This document shows, piece by piece, positions 11,001-18,791 of a DNA stretch of 61,991 nt (positions are counted from its first letter, which is position 1; each line of letters opens with the position of its first letter). Source of the stretch: Candidatus Eiseniibacteriota bacterium (GTDB lineage: Bacteria; Eisenbacteria; RBG-16-71-46); contig JBGPFC010000025.1 of assembly GCA_041483195.1 (NCBI GenBank), positions 1 through 61,991 on the forward strand. Reading direction: 5' to 3'. The translations under genes and the position numbers were made by a program. The notes below the pieces were generated by a model. It was given only the letters and a program-made list of their open reading frames with translations. It searched no databases and had not been told where the DNA came from.

Positions 11001-11041
11001 TCGCGCACGGGCCGGAAACGGAGACGCCCGCGGCGCCGTGA
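8006..11041 (+). CDS. Hanks-type Ser/Thr kinase fused to STAND/NB-ARC-like ATPase and TPR repeats
   Basis: LGRGGMGVVY, VAIK, HRDLKPGN, DFG, GTPGYMSPEQ; then NLP.QLTSFVGRE, GAGGCGKT, VVLDNCEH, LDGIPLAIELAAAR; TPR-like C-terminus. Confidence 0.93.
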   Translation: MGGNGGFDDARGAKSPRLSALGPYRIEGELGRGGMGVVYLARDTRLDRAVAIKMLPESLARDPEQLARFQREARLLASINHPNIATIHGLEQSERGDRFIVLERLEGETLAERLRRGALPLDEAIGVCAQIAEALEAAHERGVIHRDLKPGNVMLGPRGRVKVLDFGLAKHIARAVAGQEPADASRLTEAGVVIGTPGYMSPEQVLAQPHDRRVDIFAFGCVLYECLTGRRAFGGENLGAVTAAVLAGDPDWSALPADTPEAVRALLARCMAKDPAERPEDAAQALREMGPVASSASLATARAIPVAAGPRHNLPRQLTSFVGRERELADCARLLDQARLLTLTGAGGCGKTRLALRIAEAMLDGYPGGVWFVDLAPLTDASRVAHAVAAAVGVREEPGKSPAETLAAHLAPRRALVVLDNCEHLLHACADLVATLLAAGPGLRVVATSREGLAVAGEQAYAVPSLALPPAGAAPPLDVVAASESVRLFVERARLQQSEFEIGAENAAAVAEICRRLDGIPLAIELAAARVKVLAVEEIRAKLDDRFRLLTGGSKTALPRHQTLRATIQWSYDHLSAEERDLLRGLAVFAGGWTLAAAAAVCGAGRDEFEVLDLLSHLVDKSLVLVASGADDGTRYRFLETMRQYALEKLDDAGEGAAMRSRHLEHFLALAERAEPALWGSEQGAWLARLELEHENLLAALAWCDLAEDGADRALRLAGSLWRFWTIHGHYRLGRRALDAALARTGTASPGLAHARALYGAGYLALWQGESAAGRALFERSLAIARALDDRQGAALSLSGLGLAAKDQGDYAAARAFYEESLALYREVGQKRGVAAVLNNLAAMAWAQGDAAAARPLYEEGAAIGREAGDRDLLVVTLTGVGWVATRTGHTAEARERLLECLRLVGELGAKLRGAYAIEAAGALAATLSERGRATRLYGAAEALREVIGAPADTSWREAQAAIVDELKRALGAEGFARRWASGRALPFESALEYAIEWLAHGPETETPAAP

Positions 11042-11078
11042 CCGGCGCGACGCGGGGCGCTCCGGGTGACGCCGCCGT

Positions 11079-11852
11079 TCACGGCTTGCCGGTCGGCGCC
11101 GCGAGCATTCGCGCGAAGGTGGCCAGCTCCTCCGCGTTGAGGTCCGACACCACCACGTAGGCCATCCCCGCGTGCGCGCAACGGATCACGTGGAAGCCCC
11201 GCTGCGTCACGGCCGGCGCGAGTTCCTCGCGTGCGCCGGCCATCGGCCACACGAACACGTTGATGACGTGCTTGCGATGCAGGTAGACGAGTGCCGCGAC
11301 CGAGTGGCCCTGCAGGTAGTCGAGCCGTCCGCCGGCGAGCGGATAGTCGGCTCCCGCGAAGTCCGTCACCGGAGGAGAGAAGTCGAGCTTGCCGCTGAAC
11401 CATGGCTTGACGGTGTGCTGATCGGTCGAGGCCACGTCGGTCAGGTGGTCCGCCATCAGCGATCGGACGTGGCCCGACACTGCCTCGCGCGCGGTCGCGT
11501 CGTTCGCGCGGTCGCGCGCCAGGGTGGCGGCCATCCACGTGCCGCCCGCCACCACGACGACCGCGGCCGCCGCGCTCAGCCAGCGCCACGGATGAGCCGC
11601 GGGGCGCGAGGGCGCACCATCGCGACGCTCCGCCGCGCGCACGCCGCGCATCACTCGCTCGCGGAGCAGGTCCGGCGCGCGGTGATACTCGAGGTCGCGC
11701 TTCAGGCTCTCGCGGAGCTCCCGCTGCCTCGCCAGCGCCGCGGCGCAGCTCGGGCAGGATTCCACGTGCCGCGAGACCTCGCGGCTGAGGACCGGGTCGA
11801 GCTCGTCGTCCACGAACGGCGAGAGCCGATCCATGACGTCCCTGCACACCAT
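11079..11852 (-). CDS. Anti-sigma factor (zinc-finger ZAS + TM + periplasmic domain; PrtR/ECF26-type)
   Basis: HVESCPSC motif, TM helix, HVRSL...DVASTDQHTVKPWF.GKLDFSPPV...GGRLDYL; 1 nt downstream of the ECF sigma. Confidence 0.9.
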   Translation of the reverse strand: MVCRDVMDRLSPFVDDELDPVLSREVSRHVESCPSCAAALARQRELRESLKRDLEYHRAPDLLRERVMRGVRAAERRDGAPSRPAAHPWRWLSAAAAVVVVAGGTWMAATLARDRANDATAREAVSGHVRSLMADHLTDVASTDQHTVKPWFSGKLDFSPPVTDFAGADYPLAGGRLDYLQGHSVAALVYLHRKHVINVFVWPMAGAREELAPAVTQRGFHVIRCAHAGMAYVVVSDLNAEELATFARMLAAPTGKP

Positions 11853-11853
11853 C

Positions 11854-12423
11854 TCAGTCGGTCTCCTTCGCGCCGGCTCCGAGTGCGAGCAGCAGCTGCC
11901 TGCGCCCGCGCGCCAGGCGCGACATCACCGTGCCGATCGGCACGCCGGCCACCTCGGCGATTTCCTTGTACGACAGTCCTTCCAATTCACGCAGCACCAG
12001 CGCCTCTCGGAACTCGACCGAAAGGCGGCCGAGTCCCTCGCGCACGGACTGGGTCGCGATCGATCGGGTGAAGTCGGCCTCGGGCTCGGAGATGTCGTCG
12101 TCCACGGAATGAAGCTCCTCATCGAACTCGACCTTTTCGCCCCCCGAACGCCTGCGGCGGAACTGCGTGAAGCACGTATTGCGCACGATGCTCAGCAGCC
12201 AGGCGCGACCGTCCGCCCCGCGAAAGCCATCGAAGTGTCCGATCGCCCTCAGAAATGCGTCCTGCACGGCTTCCTCCGCCTCGTGCGGGTCGCGCAGGAG
12301 GTAGCGCGCCAGGTTGTACCCGGCATCGAGGTGAGGCAGGACGCACTCATCGAATCGCTTCCGCTCTTCCGGCGAGAGTCGCCGCGGCGGGCTCGCCGTC
12401 TCCGCTCTCCTCTCAGGGGTCAA
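11854..12423 (-). CDS. ECF RNA polymerase sigma factor
   Basis: Region 2 AEEAVQDAFLRA..RAWLLSIVRN; region 4 LSYKEIAEVAGVPIGTVMSRLARGR; TTG start with GGAGAGG RBS. Confidence 0.95.
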   Translation of the reverse strand: MTPERRAETASPPRRLSPEERKRFDECVLPHLDAGYNLARYLLRDPHEAEEAVQDAFLRAIGHFDGFRGADGRAWLLSIVRNTCFTQFRRRRSGGEKVEFDEELHSVDDDISEPEADFTRSIATQSVREGLGRLSVEFREALVLRELEGLSYKEIAEVAGVPIGTVMSRLARGRRQLLLALGAGAKETD

Positions 12424-12444
12424 GTGAGATGCCTCTCCCGTAGA

Positions 12445-12472
12445 GACTCGCCGACCGCGCCAATTATTCCCG
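12445..12472 (-). promoter_or_regulatory. Putative ECF promoter (CGGGAATAA-N16-GTC) for the sigma/anti-sigma operon
   Basis: Minus strand CGGGAATAA ttggcgcggtcggcga GTC; identical layout to the divergent copy. Confidence 0.7.
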
Positions 12473-12493
12473 ACACGCGCGACCTTTCTGGGC

Positions 12494-12521
12494 CGGGAAT
12501 AACTTCGTCGTTCATCGGGTC
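12494..12521 (+). promoter_or_regulatory. Putative ECF promoter (CGGGAATAA-N16-GTC) for the cupredoxin gene
   Basis: Plus strand CGGGAATAA cttcgtcgttcatcgg GTC, about 46 nt before ATG 12568. Confidence 0.7.
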
Positions 12522-12567
12522 AGGGCCGGTGTAGCCAAACCTGTCGACCCTCACCCGGAGGTACCCG

Positions 12568-13767
12568 ATGAACGCCATCCCGCAGCGCCCCGTCCAAAGC
12601 ATCCGCCGCTTCACCGGTCTGTCGCTCCTGCTGTGCGCCGCCCTCGCCTCGCCGAGCCTCTCGTCAGCGAACCATCATGCCGACCCGAAGCCCGTGCCCA
12701 GCACGGTCGAGGTCAGCCTCTCAGAGTGGAAGGTCGAGCTGACCCCCGGCAGGATTCCGGCGGGGCCGGTGGTCTTCGAGGTGACCAACACCGGCGCGAT
12801 CCCGCACGCTTTCGAAGTCGAAGGACGCAACCTCGAGCAGAGTACCCCGCAGATCCAGCCCGGTGCCACCGCCACCCTGCAGCTCGATCTGCGCGCGGGC
12901 CGCTACGAAGCCTACTGCCCGGTGGGCAAGGGCTCCCACAAGATGCTGGGGATGATGAATCACCTGACGGTCGGCGACGCGAAGCGTGCCGCCGCGACGA
13001 AGGACAAACACGAAGAAGGGGAGAGGGACGCGGCCGAACACGAATCCTCGGAGGAACACGGTGAGCACGAGCACGGCGAGCACGAGCACGCGGAGGAGTA
13101 TGGCGGCGACGCCAGGATGATGAAGGTCGCGGGCGGCGGCCCCGTGATCCAGATCCTCCCCGGCCCCTTTCCCTTCGCCGACAGCGCCATGGCAGTCATC
13201 CGCAACCGCCCGCCGGACCAGCAGGCGGACCTGACGCATAAGGCGCACATGGGACCCTACTCGAACAACGTCGCGACGATCTCCGGCGACATCTCGCTGG
13301 TGGCCATCGACCGCGGCGCGGCGGGCGACTCGGTCTCGGGCGTGGCCGAGTTCACGGCGCAGGATGGTTCGCGCTGGAAGGTGGCGATGGACCGCGTGCA
13401 GATCAGGGACATTCCATTCAATCCCCGCTTCGGCGGCGTGATCATGGGCCTCTTCTATCACGGCGCCTCGGGCGTCCACACCCCGCTCGTGCCCACGATT
13501 CAGAGCTCGCTCGCGCTCTGGGCGTTCGCGCACCTGTACAGGAACGACCAACTGGTGACCGACAACGCGATGGTTCACATCATGCTGCTCTCGCGGACGC
13601 GGCGAACGAGCGATTGGGCCCTGGATTGCTGGGACTGTTCCGATCGGCCCATCGAAGAGATTCAGCTGCAGGTCACTGCGGCGCCCAACACGCCACCCTT
13701 CGACGCTCCCGGCGGATTCCTGTTCGTGAACTGGGAGAAGTCGACCGGCCAGCGCGTCTCGCTCTAG
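12568..13767 (+). CDS. Secreted cupredoxin-domain protein with His/Glu-rich linker and unknown C-terminal domain
   Basis: Signal peptide; type-1 Cu ligand set PHAF...YCPVGKGSHKMLGM; linker EHESSEEHGEHEHGEHEH; C-terminal HG..GVHTPL and CWDC. Confidence 0.8.
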   Translation: MNAIPQRPVQSIRRFTGLSLLLCAALASPSLSSANHHADPKPVPSTVEVSLSEWKVELTPGRIPAGPVVFEVTNTGAIPHAFEVEGRNLEQSTPQIQPGATATLQLDLRAGRYEAYCPVGKGSHKMLGMMNHLTVGDAKRAAATKDKHEEGERDAAEHESSEEHGEHEHGEHEHAEEYGGDARMMKVAGGGPVIQILPGPFPFADSAMAVIRNRPPDQQADLTHKAHMGPYSNNVATISGDISLVAIDRGAAGDSVSGVAEFTAQDGSRWKVAMDRVQIRDIPFNPRFGGVIMGLFYHGASGVHTPLVPTIQSSLALWAFAHLYRNDQLVTDNAMVHIMLLSRTRRTSDWALDCWDCSDRPIEEIQLQVTAAPNTPPFDAPGGFLFVNWEKSTGQRVSL

Positions 13768-13973
13768 GGGCGGGGAGCCCGCGCGGACGCACGCTTCGGG
13801 TTATGGGTAGCAGCACATCATGCGTAGAAGGCCAGGGACACCGGCACGAATGGCCGAATTGTCCTTGGCCTTCCTTCACATAATTCGGCGCCGACTGCCT
13901 GCGCTCTGACGCAGCAGGTCCGTTCTGCACGAACGTGTGAGAGGGGATCAGGGCAAGCAAAAAGAGGGCATCG

Positions 13974-14588
13974 TCACTTGAGGGAGCTTGTGGGTGACTT
14001 TCCTGACATCCGCGATATGTTGACAGCGCACTTGCCTCGCGCCGCGCTCCAACTCAACCACCAACGCGAAGAGACGCCAGACTGCACCGTAACCGAAGTC
14101 GTGTCTTGGCACGGGCTGAATCCGATCCCGGTGCCAGTCACCGCAAGAGTGACATGGCCGCCCGCCACTGGATCGAGACGGAGTTCGCACCCGCCCTCGT
14201 GAAGCAGGCCGGGCGTTCCCATTGAATCCTGGATCGAGAAGTAGTGGTACACCGGCGTCGGCTCGGGATGGCCGGGCACAGTGTCGGCCGGTGCGAGTGT
14301 CGTAGTGTCTTCTGGCGCGTTTTCGTCCGGGATGCCGTCCTCCGAGCCGTACCCGTGCGAGCAGCCCGGTATCTGTCGGATCGGCCGACCCACGTTCCAG
14401 CCTGTGTGTCGGCCCTTTCGGTCGATGAGCACGGCTCCGACGCGGGCATCACCGAACCCGAAGATGCTCACGTACACTTGCAAGAACTTTCCCGGCGTTC
14501 TAGCTGGCACGCTGGAGCGTGACGCGCATGCTCCCACGCTCAGAACCACGCAGGCCAGCACACAGGGAAGTCTCTTCATGAGCTTCAA
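13974..14588 (-). CDS. Hypothetical lipoprotein
   Basis: MKLMKR + hydrophobic stretch + lipobox-like VGAC; ATGA overlap with the upstream gene. Confidence 0.7.
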   Translation of the reverse strand: MKLMKRLPCVLACVVLSVGACASRSSVPARTPGKFLQVYVSIFGFGDARVGAVLIDRKGRHTGWNVGRPIRQIPGCSHGYGSEDGIPDENAPEDTTTLAPADTVPGHPEPTPVYHYFSIQDSMGTPGLLHEGGCELRLDPVAGGHVTLAVTGTGIGFSPCQDTTSVTVQSGVSSRWWLSWSAARGKCAVNISRMSGKSPTSSLK

Positions 14589-16837
14589 TGGAGGATGACG
14601 AACCGAGTCATCTCACTGGGCCGCGAGCGGAGCCGCGCGAGGTACACGCCGGGCCGACATCCGACCGAATGCCAGTCCCATGAGACGGTCTGCGTTCCTG
14701 TGCCGCCCACCACCTGAACCGCGTCCACTCGACGACCGCTGATGTCGAATACGTCGATGGCGTCTCCGGTCACCTCCGGGCCGGTGATGACGAACTCCAC
14801 GGGACCAGTGGTCGGGCTATGGCGTACTCGCAGAAGACTTGGGACGGACGGAGACGGCATGGTGTTCACGCCGAGAGTTGCGGTGTGGGTGACCGAGACC
14901 GGCTGCCCCGATCCCGAGTAGAGCACGTCGTAGACGTTGCCCACCGGCGCTGCCGTCGTGTCCACAGCGTCGTCCGAGGCGAAGATGCCAGTCGAGGTGT
15001 AGCCGTTCGCGCTCATCGCGAGACCATCGTCCGAGTAGACGTTCACGGTGTAATGTCCATCGACGGTGGTCGGAATCTCGATGTCGTATCCCGTCAGCGG
15101 GTCATCCACGTCGCCGCCGTTGTCGTGCTCCGAAGACACGTCCTCGATGGAGGCATCAGGAATCTCGTAGACGCCCTCTCCCGTGCCGGCGTCACGCAGC
15201 ATGTGCCGGCCAAGTGGGTCGATGACCTCGATGCGTCGAGCACCGCTCGCGAGGATGCCGAGTCCGGGTGGGTCGCTAGCCGCAGCAACGTTGCCTGGGA
15301 CCTCCAGCGCTCCGGTCGGGACGACGTAGCGCGCCATCGTGAACGTGTTCCGGTACTTCGCTTCGATGAGCTTGGTGAAGTTCCTGTTGTCAAAGGGGTC
15401 CTTGATGGGGTACGTCCCTCGGGCGCTGCCGTCCGGGCGGAAAGAGGAGGTCCAGCCCGAAGCGACGACGAAGTGGTCGGGCACATTCAGTTGCACCGCG
15501 ATGTCCCGCACCAACAGACTCTCGACCTGTGCAGCAAGCTGCGGCGAGTCGGGAAGGTCGATCGAGCGAAGCTGTGGACTACTGGTGAAGCCGTCAGCGA
15601 CACGAGGCTTCATCTTCCAGTACACGCGGCCGGGATCACCCACGGAGGGAATCGTGGCGCTGTGGATCGTAGTCCTTGATGCCTGCCCGAGACGGCCTGC
15701 TACAGTCACCTGATAGGTCGCAAGCGGGTTCGTGTACGTCCCATGCTCGACAAGAAACTTGTCGCCGGCGTTCAACTTTGTCTTGCCGGTGGCCGTGTAG
15801 CGGATCGCGTCACCTGATGGCGATACGAACGTGACGATCGCCACTTGGTCTGGCTCGTAGCCGCGATTCTGTTGAAGATACGTGTTGAGACCGTTCACGG
15901 TGCAGGGGAACCCCGTGTGGGTGTAGTCCATCGCCATCGACGCGACTTGGCAGGCAGTGACGTTCGTCGTGCGACGGGTGCCGACGGGGATGCCGCCGAA
16001 CATATACCCGCCGTGGTCCACGTTCGTGAACTGCGATTGCCTTACGACGGGCTGTGACGAGGCGTTCACGACGCCGAAGTTCGGCCAGATCGAGAAGCCG
16101 CAGAACCGAGAGCCGGCGTAGATGTGCGGGACGAACGTGCTACAGAAGTGGTCCAACGGCGTGCCCTCGATCCGAACGCTTTCAACCCTCTTCGTACGCT
16201 TGCTCTTCGGCAGGCTTGACTCCTGCGCGTCGAAGTGGTCGCCGCTGACCTCGTAGATGTAGGCGCTTCGTGGGTCGGTGGGACGGGGCGAGTAGATCGG
16301 GTAGGAGTTGGCCCCGCAGGTGAGCGGACCGGAGTCGAAGTAGTCGCGCACGAACGTGCCGACGTTGAGACGAGCGATAGTCGTATCGCCATCGACGTAC
16401 GTGACGGTTGCGGTCGCCAGTTGCTTCCCGAAGTCGGCGAACGCGCCGGTGCCGTTGTAGACGTTGACCCCCATCAGCAGCGAGCCGAGGGAGGTCGCGA
16501 ACTGCGGCGGCGAGACGGTGTACGTTGAGAAGGACTGCGGCTGCGCGGCGTTGACCTCGAAGTAGGTCGCGTCCTTCGCGAAGCTGTTGAAGAGCGCCAT
16601 CGTGTCGGGCGAGCCCGGCGTCGGTCTCATTGCCATCAGAAGCGGTGGGCTGCCGAGGGACGACGGGTAGCCGCCAAAGTTCAGATGATCGGACGTGTTC
16701 CCAGACGAAGTGCGCTCGGCGTAGAGGTCGAACGTCCGAAAGGCGGCGGCGTCGTTGGTCGGAGTTCGAGCTGCCGCGGATGCACAAAGAGCAATCGTGG
16801 CCCACGCCGTGGCGCTTAGAAGGGCAACGGTCTTCGT
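14585..16837 (-). CDS. Secreted protein with C39-like cysteine peptidase domain and degenerate FlgD/T9SS-like C-terminal domain (probable non-canonical ACG start)
   Basis: ACQVASMAM (Cys), LNTYLQQNRGY, DHFVVASG (His), YPIKDP (Asp); C-terminus DVFDISGRRV...WD...PGVYLARL. The frame is open upstream of the first ATG (16636) through a signal peptide KTVALLSATAWATIALCASAAA. Confidence 0.7.
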   Translation of the reverse strand, partial: TKTVALLSATAWATIALCASAAARTPTNDAAAFRTFDLYAERTSSGNTSDHLNFGGYPSSLGSPPLLMAMRPTPGSPDTMALFNSFAKDATYFEVNAAQPQSFSTYTVSPPQFATSLGSLLMGVNVYNGTGAFADFGKQLATATVTYVDGDTTIARLNVGTFVRDYFDSGPLTCGANSYPIYSPRPTDPRSAYIYEVSGDHFDAQESSLPKSKRTKRVESVRIEGTPLDHFCSTFVPHIYAGSRFCGFSIWPNFGVVNASSQPVVRQSQFTNVDHGGYMFGGIPVGTRRTTNVTACQVASMAMDYTHTGFPCTVNGLNTYLQQNRGYEPDQVAIVTFVSPSGDAIRYTATGKTKLNAGDKFLVEHGTYTNPLATYQVTVAGRLGQASRTTIHSATIPSVGDPGRVYWKMKPRVADGFTSSPQLRSIDLPDSPQLAAQVESLLVRDIAVQLNVPDHFVVASGWTSSFRPDGSARGTYPIKDPFDNRNFTKLIEAKYRNTFTMARYVVPTGALEVPGNVAAASDPPGLGILASGARRIEVIDPLGRHMLRDAGTGEGVYEIPDASIEDVSSEHDNGGDVDDPLTGYDIEIPTTVDGHYTVNVYSDDGLAMSANGYTSTGIFASDDAVDTTAAPVGNVYDVLYSGSGQPVSVTHTATLGVNTMPSPSVPSLLRVRHSPTTGPVEFVITGPEVTGDAIDVFDISGRRVDAVQVVGGTGTQTVSWDWHSVGCRPGVYLARLRSRPSEMTRFVILH

Positions 16838-16867
16838 AGGAGGACCCCCAGAGGAGAAGGCGGATGG

Positions 16868-16895
16868 AGCGTACGTCGCCGTGCATATCTGTCAA
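16868..16895 (-). promoter_or_regulatory. Putative sigma70 promoter TTGACA-N16-TACGCT
   Basis: Minus strand TTGACA gatatgcacggcgacg TACGCT, about 30 nt upstream of the proposed peptidase start. Confidence 0.55.
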
Positions 16896-16952
16896 GCCCT
16901 GGAACCTGCCTGCGGGACATGGGGTTGGTCTCACCCAGTTGTGTCGCGGGTC

Positions 16953-17835
16953 TCACAGCGAATCGAGCCACGCCAGCAGCGCAGGCTCCCGCTTCCAGCG
17001 TGGCGGCCGACCCGGACGCATCGCGCCATCGGCCTGCTCGATCGCCCGGCGCTTGGTCTCGACGTTCGCCTGCGCATAGAGGAACGTCGTATCTAGGTGG
17101 GCGTGCCCAAGCCAGCTCTGGATCACGGTCACATCGACGCCGGCCGCGACGAGGTACACGGCCGCGGCATTGTAGAAAGTGTGCGGCGTGACGTGCTTCT
17201 CCAGCAGGCGCCGATGGCGCTTCGCAGCCGCAGCGACGTACTTCCGCAACCGGAACCGCACGCCAGAGGCGCAGAGGGGCCGTAGCGATTGGCGAAGACC
17301 GCCTCGTGCTCGCCGCGGGGCTGGCGGTCCAGGAGCGCCCGCAGCATCGAAGCGGTCTCGGGCCACAGCGGGCAGATGCGCTCCTTGCGGCCCTTGCCGA
17401 GCAACCGCACCTGGGCGGGTGCGTCGAGATGCACGGCGGCCGGCGTGAGGCCCAGAACTTCTTGGATCCGGGCGCCGGTGTTGTAGAGCAGTGCAAGAAG
17501 TGCATAGCCACGCTGTCCCAGGCGGGTCGTGCGGTCCGGCTGGGCGAGGATCGCCGCCACCTCCTCCGGGCGCTTCGTGGCGCAGCGTCGCATCCACCTG
17601 GCTGAGGATCGCGACCGTACCGTCGCCGAAAGCGACGACGATCGGCCGCAAGGAACGAATCAACGTGCGAGCGCTGCGCCGTCCTGATGTCCGCACGGCA
17701 CCTTGCGAGGTGGCGGAGAAACCGGCGTTCGGTTGAAAGGTGGTGCTCCTTCGTGGACGGGGCGTAGTGGTGGTCAACGAGGTACTCGCCCAGCTGGCGA
17801 ACCACCACCTCGGTCGCGGCAATGCCTGCTGCCAT
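16953..17835 (-). pseudogene. Fragmented tyrosine recombinase/integrase (RIT-type)
   Basis: Pieces in three frames: N-terminal SAM-like fragment (LGEYLVDHHYAPST), LLYNTGARIQE...GKGRKERICPLW, and TPHTFY...WLGHAHLDTTFLY. The catalytic HxxR is degenerate (HTFY). Confidence 0.85.
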
Positions 17836-18107
17836 GGTGCACCTCCTCGCGTGGAGGCTGAGAGGGTGCATCCGCTGCGGTTATGTGCAGGAACGCACGC
17901 CGAAACCCCTGCTCCGCAACGCCGTCGGCCGCGCCGCTTCGCATAACGGGCGCTCTGCATAATCTGAGGTTATGAGGAGTTGATCATAAGCGGCTTCCGC
18001 GCGCCGATCCCGCGCTCGTCGAAATGAAAGACGCACGCACTGTGTTGCAAGCAGTGCGTGCGTCATGTCGTTATCGATGGCTCGACAGAGCCATGCGCGG
18101 GCGAGAA

Positions 18108-18665
18108 TCAGATCTCGCGGCCGGCCGCGCGCCGCCTGCGCACCACCGCCACGCCCCCCGCCAGGGCGAGCAGCGCGGTCAGCGCGGCCGCTCCCCACGG
18201 CGTCAGCCCGGGCGCCGCGTAGGGAGTCGCCGGAGCGATGCTGTCGCCCAGCCCGTCTGTGAAGAACGAGCGGCGCACCGCGAGCGGTCCCGTCGGGGTC
18301 GTGAAATGCAGCGTCACGCAATCTCCGGGAAGCGGGCAGGGCGTGCCCCAGTCGGTCCACACGGTGTCGACGTTCACGGCGACCGTGGGCGTCGGGCAGC
18401 CCGCGGGATTCGTGACGAGCGCGGCGGTGAGCCCGCTGAGAATCGAAAAATGCGGCGCGGGCCCGGCCTCGGTCATGATGACCTTCATCTTGGTCGCGCC
18501 GCCCGGTCCCTGGATCCGGGGGCCCGCCTTCGCCTGCTGCACGACGTTGCCGGGCCGCACGAACGTGATGGTCTTCGAGTCCGCGCCGAGCGCCTCGATC
18601 GCGGTGACTGCGAGCAGTCCGGTCGCCAGCAGGACCGGGAGGTGAAGTTTCGTGTGCGACCTCAT
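18108..18665 (-). CDS. Secreted protein with IPTL-CTERM-like sorting tail
   Basis: Signal peptide; C-terminus APGLTPWGAAALTALLALAGGVAVVRRRR. Confidence 0.65.
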   Translation of the reverse strand: MRSHTKLHLPVLLATGLLAVTAIEALGADSKTITFVRPGNVVQQAKAGPRIQGPGGATKMKVIMTEAGPAPHFSILSGLTAALVTNPAGCPTPTVAVNVDTVWTDWGTPCPLPGDCVTLHFTTPTGPLAVRRSFFTDGLGDSIAPATPYAAPGLTPWGAAALTALLALAGGVAVVRRRRAAGREI

Positions 18666-18791
18666 GGCATGACCCCTTTCGCCGGGCGGCCCCAACTCGA
18701 TGTCGGAATCCGCGGCACTGATGTCGAGCCTCGGGAGATCGGACGCCGGGTCTCCGCAGGAGACCCTTACGCCAGAGGCGACGGGGTTGCC

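Larger units (their letters stand above)
13798..17990. mobile_element. Decayed RIT-like tyrosine-recombinase element/island with two cargo genes
   Basis: Visibly lower GC than the flanks and contains an integrase pseudogene. Ends carry TTATG/CATAA motifs: CTTCACATAA (13874-13883) is a 9/10 inverted copy of TTATGTGCAG (17881-17890); GTTATG at 13800 pairs with CATAAC at 17942. Confidence 0.55.
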
